DNA of 64,000 nucleotides, taken from the NCBI GenBank assembly GCA_963764725.1, contig CAVXTM010000018.1, forward strand, positions 352,001 to 416,000. Direction: 5' to 3'. The position numbers and the translations under genes were made by a program. The DNA is from an uncultured Gammaproteobacteria bacterium. Lineage in GTDB: Bacteria; Pseudomonadota; Gammaproteobacteria; JACCXJ01. Shown here in pieces: positions 9,322 through 18,001 of this stretch. The stretch's first letter is position 1; each line of letters starts with the position of its first letter. The notes beneath the pieces are model-generated. The model had not been told where the DNA came from, made no database searches, and saw only the letters and a program-made list of their open reading frames with translations.

Positions 9322-9810
9322 TTAGGCCATCGCGGCGGTGATGAGCACGGCCCATTCGGCGATCTCGACCGCCGCTCCCGCCGTATCGCCGGTCGCGCCA
9401 CCGAGGCGGCGGAGCATGGCGGCGCGCACTAGCATAAACGTAGTGAAGACGGATGCCAGCATCCACAAACCATCACTGCCCATCGTCATCGGGATGGCGG
9501 CCGCGATAACGAGCACGACGATGACCGCCGGCCGGCGCGGAAGCGCTCGGGCGTGAACCTCCCCCAAGCCGCCGGGTCGGACGTAGGGCGTAGTAAGAAA
9601 CAACGCCAGCAACGCGCCGCGTCCGAGCACGGGCGCAAGCACCAGCGGTAACGGTTGAGCGGCCAGCGCTTCCAACGCGGCGAGCTTGACGAGCAAGACC
9701 AGTATGAGCGCCACCGCGCCCGCCGGACTGCAGGCCGGATCCTTCATGATCGCCAGGCTGCGTTCGCGATCCCCCTGCACCCCGCCCAGGATCAGTGTCT
9801 TCAATGTCAT
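9322..9810 (-). pseudogene. cobS: 5'-truncated adenosylcobinamide-GDP ribazoletransferase
   Basis: GDRERSLAIMKDP...PYVRPGGLG...RRLGGATGDTAGAAVE is the C-terminal ~60% of CobS. The N-terminus is missing. Confidence 0.8.
9381..9420. repeat. 40-bp direct repeat, copy B, inside cobS
   Basis: 39/40 identical to 2710-2749. Confidence 0.95.
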
Positions 9811-9816
9811 CCAGCG

Positions 9817-11295
9817 CTAAAAGGTTTTCAAGTACTCGATGAGTGCGGTTTTCTCCTCCCCGGAGAGGTGGGTCCCAAACTCGTGCCCTTGATTTGCGTT
9901 GCCTCGCTTGCTGACGTCGTGGCGCGTCCCGATACGCTCGGCCTGGGGCCCTTGCGCGATGAACCCCATGCGCTCGGGATCGTAGACATCGTAGCCGCGA
10001 TAGAAAACGCGCGGGCGTTTTGCCGCGGCGTCCAAGAGATCGCGCAAGGTCGGTACCGAGCCGTTATGGAGGTAAGGCGCGCGCAGCCAGATCCCGTCGA
10101 GGTGTGGCACCTTGTATCCGATGAGATCCTCTTCCACGAGGCCGCGGCGTTCGATGCCCATGCCCGCGACCGTCCGGTTCGCCTTGACGGCGGCGTTTCT
10201 GTTCCAGCGATCCAAGCGGCCGCGGCTGGTACCGATTTCGACCAGCGGCACGGGGCGGCCGACCCGGCCGCTGCCCTCGGCATGGCAGAACGCGCATTGC
10301 GCATCGAACACGGCCTGTCCCTCAGCGGCCTTCGCGGTGTCGATCGGGAACGGGAACGCGGGCGGCGGGGTGCGTTTGGCGTAGTCCGTGATCCATTGCA
10401 CCTCCTCGATAAGCTCCTCGGTATCATGCGGCGCGCCGCCCAAAAGCCCGAGCGCTGAATCCATGACGACGGTATACGCATCCCAGGTGTCGCCGGCGAG
10501 GTTCATGCGTTGCGGATCCCTGTCGCCGGGCGTCGAGTCGTATTTCTTGAGGTTCCAGATCGCTGGAAAGTCGGCCGGGCCGAAGGTGTCGCCGATCGGG
10601 TTCAGAGAATACCCAAAGAGCGTTATGATGTCGTCCCGGCCGCGTCCCCAGTCGGGGACATCGATGCGGTAGATCGACGGATACTGCGACTCGCGTTCCA
10701 GCAAGCGCTGCTTGGTGGCCGGAATGATAAAGAAGCGGTACATCAGCGTGTCGATCCAGTCTAGCTTGGTAACGTTTTCGATCTCCTGCAGGATATTGTC
10801 ACTGTTGAAGCGCGGGTCTTTGGTGCAATCGATCACGAACCGCAAGAATGCCTGGATATTCGTCGTGTGACCCGGTCCCAGCGGCGCAAACACGGGCTTG
10901 GCATCCGGTGCGGTCCGATAACGCGCGGTGTGACACAGCGCGCAGTTGTTGGCGACGCGCGGAAAACCGAGGGTCTTTTTCGTGAACCCGATGGGCAACT
11001 CCTGCCCTTCCTCCCAAGGTAGGCCGAGTGCGGCGTAACCGCCCGGGCCCGGAAGCTTTTCGGGAAACATCCGCGGCAGGACGTAAAGGATCCAGTACGG
11101 AATATTCGCATCCCGCTCCGCCCCGATCGAGCCATACATGAAGCGCGTCGCGTCGTCGCGCCGCACCCAATCCGGTTGCGGATACTCGCGAAATCCCCGC
11201 TCCCAGGCGATGTAACCCACGACGCCGACCAGAGTCAAGAATATCGCAAGAACAATCCCGATCCGCTTTGGACCGGTCTTCGTGATGATATTCAT
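9817..11295 (-). CDS. RoxA-like/peroxidase-related dihaem c-type cytochrome, membrane anchored
   Basis: N-terminal TM helix, two CxxCH motifs (CALCH, CAFCH) and LDGIWLRAPYLHNGSVPTL...NQGHEFG. Confidence 0.85.
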   Translation of the reverse strand: MNIITKTGPKRIGIVLAIFLTLVGVVGYIAWERGFREYPQPDWVRRDDATRFMYGSIGAERDANIPYWILYVLPRMFPEKLPGPGGYAALGLPWEEGQELPIGFTKKTLGFPRVANNCALCHTARYRTAPDAKPVFAPLGPGHTTNIQAFLRFVIDCTKDPRFNSDNILQEIENVTKLDWIDTLMYRFFIIPATKQRLLERESQYPSIYRIDVPDWGRGRDDIITLFGYSLNPIGDTFGPADFPAIWNLKKYDSTPGDRDPQRMNLAGDTWDAYTVVMDSALGLLGGAPHDTEELIEEVQWITDYAKRTPPPAFPFPIDTAKAAEGQAVFDAQCAFCHAEGSGRVGRPVPLVEIGTSRGRLDRWNRNAAVKANRTVAGMGIERRGLVEEDLIGYKVPHLDGIWLRAPYLHNGSVPTLRDLLDAAAKRPRVFYRGYDVYDPERMGFIAQGPQAERIGTRHDVSKRGNANQGHEFGTHLSGEEKTALIEYLKTF

Positions 11296-11304
11296 GGGTC
11301 GCGG

Positions 11305-13074
11305 CTAAAAGGTCTTGAGATACTCGAGTAACGCTTTTTTTTTGTCCGAGGACAATTCGGTGCCGTATTCGGCCCCTTCGTGCCCCTGATTGCCGTTGCC
11401 CGGGACCCGGGTATCAAAGGTGAAGAACTTTGTACCGTCCACCTCGGGTACGTCGGAGCGAAATCCCATGTTCTGCGGGTCGTAGACATCATTGCCGCGA
11501 TAGAACACCGTCGGCCGGTTGTCGCTCGGTTCCAAGAGATCGCGCAGGCTCGGCACCGAGCCGTTGTGCAGATAGGGCGCGCGCAGCCAGATCCCGTCGA
11601 GCGGCAGGTTAGCGTAACCGTGGGTCTTGTGAAAATGCGTCCAGCGATAGGTGTTCTCCTCCAACTGCACGGCCGCCAAGGGTTCGCGGCCGCCCGCTCC
11701 CGCGGTGGTTTGCGATCCGCTGGCGCCGAAATCGGCGCTGCAGGGTTGCCGCGACTGCCCGGCAAAGACCGTGGCCTGGTTGACGGCGAGGTCCTCGGTG
11801 AAATTGTCCAAGCGGTAGCGGTCGGTGCCTATCTCATCGATCGGGGTGACAAATCCGACCCGCCGGCCCGTGAAGTCTTGCCCGTTAAGACCGTGGCAAT
11901 CCGCACAGTAGCGGCGGTAAAGCGGCTCGCCGCGGTTCGCTAGAGCGTGGTCGATCGGAAAGATATCGTCGTAGTTCCGGGGGGTGAAATCGAGCAACCA
12001 GCTCTCAATGCGGCATAGGGCTTGATAGTCGATGCTCGGTGGCAAGGCCCCGGTGCTGATAACGGCGCTCAAGTGGCGCTCCTTGCCGCGATCGTTATTG
12101 CCGTCCCAATGCAGCTCCATCTCGCGCCCGTCCGAGCGCTTCCTGCGCGGCCCTTGCAACCAGATCGACGGAAAGTCCGCGGTGCCTAGGCTCCGCGGAT
12201 CCACCTGTCCCTCGGTCCGCCAATCGGGCAGGTGCTCCCAAGGCATGTTAAAGAGACCCTTGGAATGACTGAAAGTGTCGCCCCGGCCGGGCCCCCACTG
12301 CGGTTGGCGGTACGAGAAACCGAGCTTGCCCGCGAGCCACTGCCCGCGCTCGCGCATCCGTTCGATGGCGGCCGGATAGATGCCATAGCGATCGATCCAG
12401 CTTAGATCGCCCCCGAGGGCCCGGATTTCGGGGATCAGATCGCGCTTGGAAAAGCGCTTGTGCGCGGCGCACTGGAAAAAGAAATGCTCGAAAGCGTAGA
12501 AGTTAAAGCGATGGGCCGGCATCCCGAGGACTAAGACCGCCGGATCATCAGGGGTTTTACGCACCGTGCCCGCGTGGCAAGCCGCGCAGTTTAGGAACAC
12601 CCGATCCACTCCGAGATGCCGGCGCTTGGAAATACCGGCCGGGAGATCGCGTTCCTGACCGCTGCCGTCATGCTCATAGACAAGCCCCAGCGCCTTGTAC
12701 CCCTCGCGGGAAAGCTGTCTGCGGGCTTCCGTGGCGCCGCCCTCATCGCCCATGTAGGTCGCGGCTCGCGTGAGATAATCCTGCGCCAAGCTGCCGCCGG
12801 CGACTTCGGTCAAGGACTCGGCGCAGACCAGCGGGGCAGCCTGCCAGATCCAGTACGGAATTCCGAGATTGACTTCGGCTCCCGTGGAACCGTACTTAAA
12901 ATGCTCTTCGATGTCCGCATAACCGACGGCGCGGTTCGGGAGCAATCGGTACGCGGCATACCCGCTGGTTAGCAACACCACCGAGGTGATCACCGCGGAC
13001 AGTATCGCCCACGCCTTGCGCAGCGTGGCGCCCGCGGCGCCCGGAACTTTTTTAGGCGGTTGTACTTCTTCCAT
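11305..13074 (-). CDS. RoxA-like dihaem c-type cytochrome, paralog of the neighbouring gene
   Basis: GGAGG RBS before ATG 13074; TM helix; CAACH and CADCH; LDGIWLRAPYLHNGSVPSL. Confidence 0.85.
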   Translation of the reverse strand: MEEVQPPKKVPGAAGATLRKAWAILSAVITSVVLLTSGYAAYRLLPNRAVGYADIEEHFKYGSTGAEVNLGIPYWIWQAAPLVCAESLTEVAGGSLAQDYLTRAATYMGDEGGATEARRQLSREGYKALGLVYEHDGSGQERDLPAGISKRRHLGVDRVFLNCAACHAGTVRKTPDDPAVLVLGMPAHRFNFYAFEHFFFQCAAHKRFSKRDLIPEIRALGGDLSWIDRYGIYPAAIERMRERGQWLAGKLGFSYRQPQWGPGRGDTFSHSKGLFNMPWEHLPDWRTEGQVDPRSLGTADFPSIWLQGPRRKRSDGREMELHWDGNNDRGKERHLSAVISTGALPPSIDYQALCRIESWLLDFTPRNYDDIFPIDHALANRGEPLYRRYCADCHGLNGQDFTGRRVGFVTPIDEIGTDRYRLDNFTEDLAVNQATVFAGQSRQPCSADFGASGSQTTAGAGGREPLAAVQLEENTYRWTHFHKTHGYANLPLDGIWLRAPYLHNGSVPSLRDLLEPSDNRPTVFYRGNDVYDPQNMGFRSDVPEVDGTKFFTFDTRVPGNGNQGHEGAEYGTELSSDKKKALLEYLKTF

Positions 13075-13287
13075 TGCCAGCCTCCCGGCGCGTATAGGCA
13101 TCAACGCCGCGTGTTCGCGATAATAACGTTGTGGCGTGCGATGATCGAGGAAAATGTTACCTATGTCACAACGCGCCGACGGCACGCGGCGGAACAGAAC
13201 CCGAGGCGCCGTAGCCCCGGTCGTTAATCAACGTTAAAATCGCTCGACTTGGATCCTGGTATTTTTAGCCAATCCGTGCTCAGCCAC

Positions 13288-13794
13288 ATGCATTTACCGA
13301 GGTCTACGATGATGATTATCCTCCTGCTAATAGCCCTACTGCCGCACGACGTGTACGCGAAGGAGGTCGTGGGTTGGCTGGAGAGGATCAAGGTCTACCC
13401 CGGAGAGATGATCTTAAAGGCGAAGATCGATACCGGGGCGAAGAACTCCTCCGTCAACGCCCGTAACATCGATGAATTTACCCGCGATGGAGACCCCTGG
13501 ATACGTTTCGAGGTCAGTGATCGGCATGGCCACAAGGTCAAGATCGAACGCCAATTGGAGCGCCGGGCGCGGATCCAGCGGCATTTCGGCAAACTACAAA
13601 CGCGGCCCGTCGTGGTGCTCGGCGTCTGTATGGGCGATATATACAAGGACGTCGAGGTGAATCTGGTCGATCGCAAAGGCTTTCTCTATCCAATGTTGAT
13701 TGGACGAAGCTTTCTTAAGGAGAACATGGTCGTCGACGCGACGCTTACCTATACCCGCGAACCAGTCTGCAAAGGGGTAGGCGGGGGTGGGTAG
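13288..13794 (+). CDS. RimK-associated retropepsin-like putative protease ('ATP-dependent zinc protease' family)
   Basis: VVGWLE...AKIDTGAKNSS...VNLVDR...YPMLIGRSFL; signal peptide. The start is uncertain. Confidence 0.85.
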   Translation: MHLPRSTMMIILLLIALLPHDVYAKEVVGWLERIKVYPGEMILKAKIDTGAKNSSVNARNIDEFTRDGDPWIRFEVSDRHGHKVKIERQLERRARIQRHFGKLQTRPVVVLGVCMGDIYKDVEVNLVDRKGFLYPMLIGRSFLKENMVVDATLTYTREPVCKGVGGGG

Positions 13795-15319
13795 CCGCCA
13801 TGTTTATATTCTATCATCCCTACTGACGCTCCTCGGCGCGGGTCTTTTTTTATACAAGATCGTAGTCTTGGGTTTCCCGATCGTTCCGGGCGAAAAGTCC
13901 GATTTCTGGGATGTCGAGGTGCGTATCAGCTTCGTCGCGCGCGGCGGCCCGGTGAAGGTGTCGATGTATATTCCGCGGACCTCGCCTCGGCTGGCGGTCG
14001 TGGACGAAAATTTCATCTCCCGGGGCTTCGGTCTCACGACGACGCTCGTCAACGGTAACCGCCAGGCGGCGTGGGCGATCCGCAAGGCGAGCGGACCGCA
14101 GGCGTTGTATTATCGATCCTCGGTTCAGGCACTGGAACCGGCGGAAGAGGAGACCACCGCCAAGAGACCCGAGAGCCAACCGCCGCCCTCCCTCGAAGGT
14201 CCGTATCTCGCGGCGGCGGAAACCCTGCTGAAATCCGTGCGTGAGCAATCCGCCGACCTCGATACGATGGTCGCACAACTGATCAAGCATCTGTGGGAAC
14301 CGCACAATGACAGCAACGCGGCGCTGCTCACCGGTCCGCGGCCCGATCGCGACCGCATTGCGGAGGCGGCGCTGCGCGTGCTGGCGCTCGCCCAGGTCCC
14401 GGCGCGCCTGCTGCAGGGCGTTAGGCTCACGCTCCAAAGCGGCGAAGCACCGATATTGTCATGGTTGCAGGTCTACGCCGAGGGGCGATGGAACTCCTTT
14501 GATCTCGGCACGGGCGAGACCGGGTTACCGAGCGATTACCTAGTATTCGCGATCGGGCGGGAACCTCTGGTCAAGGTAAAGGGGGGGGGCAAGGTTCACT
14601 ACACGATCGCAGTCCGGCGCACCGAGGCGGGCGGCCTCGAGGCCGCGGCCTTACGAGGCCGCATCGTCAATCCTCGACTCCTGGAATTCTCCTTGCTGAG
14701 CCTGCCGATGCAGACTCAGAGTGTCTACCGGGTTTTGCTTGCGGTGCCGGTGGGCGCCTTTCTATTGCTGATTATGCGCAATATCGTGGGGATCAAGACC
14801 TTCGGCACCTTCATGCCGGTGCTCATCGGGCTCGCCTTCCGGGAGACGCAATTGCTTTGGGGATTGGTCCTGTTCTGCGCCGTGGTGGCCTTGGGTCTCA
14901 GCGTGCGATTCTATTTCGAACGCCTGCAGCTGCTGCTGGTCCCGCGGCTCGCGGCGGTGCTGATCGTGGTGGTGTTGCTCATGGCGGCGCTCAGTATTGT
15001 CAGCCACCATCTGGGCCTGGAACGCGGGCTGTCGGTGGCCTTGTTCCCGATGGTGATCATGACCATGACCATCGAACGCATGTCGATTGTATGGGAAGAG
15101 CGTGGACCGGCCGAGGCGATTCAGCAAGGTCTCGGCAGTCTGATCGTAGCGGCCTTGGCTTACCTAGCGATGGCTGCCGCCTACACCGAGCACCTGATGT
15201 TTGTGTTTCCGGAGTTGCTGCTCGTGCTCCTCGCGGGATCGCTGCTTTTGGGTAAATACACAGGTTATCGTCTCGTTGAGTTAAGGCGCTTCAAGGCCCT
15301 CGCCTCGCCGCGGCCATGA
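13787..15319 (+). CDS. Inactive transglutaminase with 7TM domain
   Basis: GIKTFGTFMPVLI, LLLVPRLAAV, ALFPMVIMTMTIERMS and GKYTGYRLVELRRF motifs; overlaps its neighbours in an operon. Confidence 0.9.
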   Translation: MGSRHVYILSSLLTLLGAGLFLYKIVVLGFPIVPGEKSDFWDVEVRISFVARGGPVKVSMYIPRTSPRLAVVDENFISRGFGLTTTLVNGNRQAAWAIRKASGPQALYYRSSVQALEPAEEETTAKRPESQPPPSLEGPYLAAAETLLKSVREQSADLDTMVAQLIKHLWEPHNDSNAALLTGPRPDRDRIAEAALRVLALAQVPARLLQGVRLTLQSGEAPILSWLQVYAEGRWNSFDLGTGETGLPSDYLVFAIGREPLVKVKGGGKVHYTIAVRRTEAGGLEAAALRGRIVNPRLLEFSLLSLPMQTQSVYRVLLAVPVGAFLLLIMRNIVGIKTFGTFMPVLIGLAFRETQLLWGLVLFCAVVALGLSVRFYFERLQLLLVPRLAAVLIVVVLLMAALSIVSHHLGLERGLSVALFPMVIMTMTIERMSIVWEERGPAEAIQQGLGSLIVAALAYLAMAAAYTEHLMFVFPELLLVLLAGSLLLGKYTGYRLVELRRFKALASPRP

Positions 15320-16266
15320 TATTCGGCACCGTTCGGCGCCTGCGGGAGGCGGGCGTGCTGGGGCTCAACGAGCGCAATAACCGCTACACGCTGGCGTACA
15401 ACCCGCGGCATCTCTATCCCTTGGTCGATGACAAGCTCCGGACCAAGCAACTGGCCTTGAAGGCCGGGCTTTCCGTACCAGAGCTCTACGGCGTGATTGA
15501 GATCGAACACCAGATCGAAGATATCCATGACGCCCTCGCAGGGCATTGGCAATTCGTGATCAAACCCGCCCAAGGCAGCGGCGGAGACGGCGTGCTGGTC
15601 GTAGCTGGACGGGCCAAAAACATGTACCGATTGGTGAGCGGCGTCATCATGGACCGGTCCCAGCTAGCCCATTACGCATCGAACATACTGAGCGGTCTCT
15701 TCAGCCTCGGCGGTCACCCCGACAAGGCCTTGATCGAATACCGCGTGCAGTTCGACCCCTTGTTCGGGGCCATCAGCTACCAGGGCGTTCCGGATATCCG
15801 CATCGTGGTGTTTCAGGGCTTCCCGGTCATGGCCATGGTGCGCCTACCCACGCGCCTCTCCGACGGCAAGGCCAATTTGCATAAGGGCGCCATCGGCGCC
15901 GGCGTGGATATCGCGACCGGGCGCACCCTGACTGCGGTGTGGCGCAACGAGGTCGTGACCGAGCACCCCGACACCGGCAATCCCGTCACCGGGCTCCAAA
16001 TCCCGCACTGGGATCGGCTGCTCGGGATCGCGGCCCAAGCCTATGATCTCACGGGCCTGGGTTATGTGGGGGTCGATATTGTGCTCGATCGCGACAAGGG
16101 ACCCTTGCTCTTGGAGCTGAACGCACGTCCGGGTCTCAACATCCAGATCGCCAATCGCGCGGGTCTCCTTCCTAGGCTACAACTCATCGAGCGGATCGCC
16201 GCTCGGACTTATGCCGTGGAAGAACGCGTCGCGTTTGCGAAAGACCGTATGGCGGCGCGAGCATGA
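15316..16266 (+). CDS. Alpha-L-glutamate ligase-like ATP-grasp protein (RimK-related)
   Basis: YPLVDDKLRTK, FVIKPAQGSGGDG, GKANLHKGA, LELNARPGL. Confidence 0.92.
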   Translation: MIFGTVRRLREAGVLGLNERNNRYTLAYNPRHLYPLVDDKLRTKQLALKAGLSVPELYGVIEIEHQIEDIHDALAGHWQFVIKPAQGSGGDGVLVVAGRAKNMYRLVSGVIMDRSQLAHYASNILSGLFSLGGHPDKALIEYRVQFDPLFGAISYQGVPDIRIVVFQGFPVMAMVRLPTRLSDGKANLHKGAIGAGVDIATGRTLTAVWRNEVVTEHPDTGNPVTGLQIPHWDRLLGIAAQAYDLTGLGYVGVDIVLDRDKGPLLLELNARPGLNIQIANRAGLLPRLQLIERIAARTYAVEERVAFAKDRMAARA

Positions 16267-16325
16267 CTTTGGCGATCTGACGGACAGCATGCCAGTTGGG
16301 CATCGACGCGAGACGTGATTCGGCT

Positions 16326-16397
16326 GAGCCAGACATCGATTTTGATGTTATCTTAGCACGGTGGTTTGGCAGCCGGACTAAAAGAAATCGGGAGGGC
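16326..16397. repeat. ~70-bp direct repeat, copy 1, duplicating the fadE upstream region
   Basis: Shares the identical 26-mer atcgattttgatgttatcttagcacg and a similar downstream ggcagccgg...aaagaaa...ggagggc with 17930-17999. Confidence 0.9.
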
Positions 16398-16528
16398 CGC
16401 GAGCGTCCCACGCGCCGTTCGATGATCTTTCATCTTGTGCGATGTGCAACGGCGCGCACAGTACGCCCTACATACTGCAGTACTGTTCCTTTCGACGAAA
16501 ACGGGCGTTTATTTTCCTTATGCCCCGT

Positions 16529-17827
16529 TCACGGGAAGTAGATGCGTAGTCCGAATTCCAATAGCACCGCGTTGTTTTCGATGGTTACAGTGCGTTCGCC
16601 TAAGGTAGCATCGCTAGCGAAGGGGACGGTATATCTCGCCTCCAGGTTGAGGGCAACATTCTCGGCCAAGAAATAATCGACCCCGGCCCCAAAAGAGCCC
16701 ACCGGACCATTTGATGTAGTCTTGTCAATAGGAAAGGTTGTCTCTGGGTGGCCAGGGTTGTTGACATTGGTCCAGCCCAAACCGGCACCTGCGATGGCAT
16801 AGGGGACAAAGCGGTCGTCCAGGAGAGGATAGCGCCATCGCAGCTGGATAAGAACATTCCATAAGGCATATTCCGCGACCTCGCCAAAGCCGGCCGCGCC
16901 CAGGTTGGTCTCGTACTGCTCGCCCGTCAGTTCTATGCCCCAATGTTTACTGAGATTAACGCCGACCGCACCGCTCCAGTCCAGAACCGTGTTATCCAGA
17001 ATTTCAAGCGCCGCGGGCGAGCCGGTATTGGTAAAGAAGGCGCCCCCGGTGCGCAGGACCACGTAAGCGCGCCACCGATCGCTGTCAGCCGCACGGGGTA
17101 CTTGCTCGGTTGCCCCGCCGAGGCCGTCGAAGAACAACCGTATACCAGCGGACAAGAGCGTATTCTCAAGGTCGAGGTCTTTATTCTGGCCGGAAACGAC
17201 GACGTCGTTCTCAAATCCAACTATGTGCTTTAGTTCAACGTCAAGCGCCAGGTTGCGCGCGACAAAGTACTCCAAACCCATGCCCACAGCGCCTATTAAC
17301 GAGGTTTCTAGAGCCCCTCCGAACGGAACATCAAATTCCCTTTCGCGGTCGTTGAATTCACCGATGCCGAGGCCCACGCCTGCTACGAGATAGGGCACAA
17401 GCCTGTCGCCGAGCAGGGGATAACGAAGCCGTACCTGTCCGAGGACCTGCCATATCGCGTATTCCCCTATTCTTTCGTTAGCGGATCCGTTCAGGTCTAA
17501 GGCATTCACGGCGGTCTCAATGTAATCAACGTCAAGTTCCATGCCCCAGTATCTATTCAAGTTCGCACCGAAGGCAAAGTGCTGAAATGGCCACTGAGAG
17601 GGATTTTCAAGCTCGAACCCTGGCACGGAATCCGGGTTAGAGAAATGGCCACCACCCAAGCGCAATGCAAAGTACGGTCGAACCTTATTGGAATCGGCGG
17701 CGTGAGAGCTGCCGCTGGCCAAGACAGAGACGTAAATTAAAACCGCCAGTGAGAAAAACTTACGGTAAAGGGGGCGGGACAACTTTGGGAACAGGACAAT
17801 CGGGAGGAACCTACGAGCCAAAGTCAC
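16529..17827 (-). CDS. Outer-membrane protein with two tandem OmpW/OmpA-like beta-barrel domains
   Basis: Two homologous halves (GEYAIWQVLGQVRLRYPLLGDRLVPY / AEYALWNVLIQLRWRYPLLDDRFVPY); ends in GLRIYFP. Confidence 0.85.
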   Translation of the reverse strand: MTLARRFLPIVLFPKLSRPLYRKFFSLAVLIYVSVLASGSSHAADSNKVRPYFALRLGGGHFSNPDSVPGFELENPSQWPFQHFAFGANLNRYWGMELDVDYIETAVNALDLNGSANERIGEYAIWQVLGQVRLRYPLLGDRLVPYLVAGVGLGIGEFNDREREFDVPFGGALETSLIGAVGMGLEYFVARNLALDVELKHIVGFENDVVVSGQNKDLDLENTLLSAGIRLFFDGLGGATEQVPRAADSDRWRAYVVLRTGGAFFTNTGSPAALEILDNTVLDWSGAVGVNLSKHWGIELTGEQYETNLGAAGFGEVAEYALWNVLIQLRWRYPLLDDRFVPYAIAGAGLGWTNVNNPGHPETTFPIDKTTSNGPVGSFGAGVDYFLAENVALNLEARYTVPFASDATLGERTVTIENNAVLLEFGLRIYFP

Positions 17828-17929
17828 TCCACGAAACTACAGTAGAGGGCCTTGTAAGTCAAACGACCGTATTTTTTACCGTTCTCAGGGCCGCAGGGCT
17901 GAGCGTCTTGATCCTGCTGCACTTGCCCC

Positions 17930-17999
17930 GAGCCGGAGATCGATTTTGATGTTATCTTAGCACGTGGTTCGGCAGCCGGGCTAAAGAAACTGGGAGGGC
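17930..17999. repeat. ~70-bp direct repeat, copy 2, including the fadE RBS
   Basis: Matches 16326-16397 and ends in GGGAGG just before the fadE ATG. Confidence 0.9.
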
Positions 18000-18001
18000 A
18001 G

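Noticed and set aside
13249-16266. Protease, inactive transglutaminase and ATP-grasp operon as a novel system
   Set aside because: This is a widely conserved, already described three-gene cluster in gammaproteobacteria.
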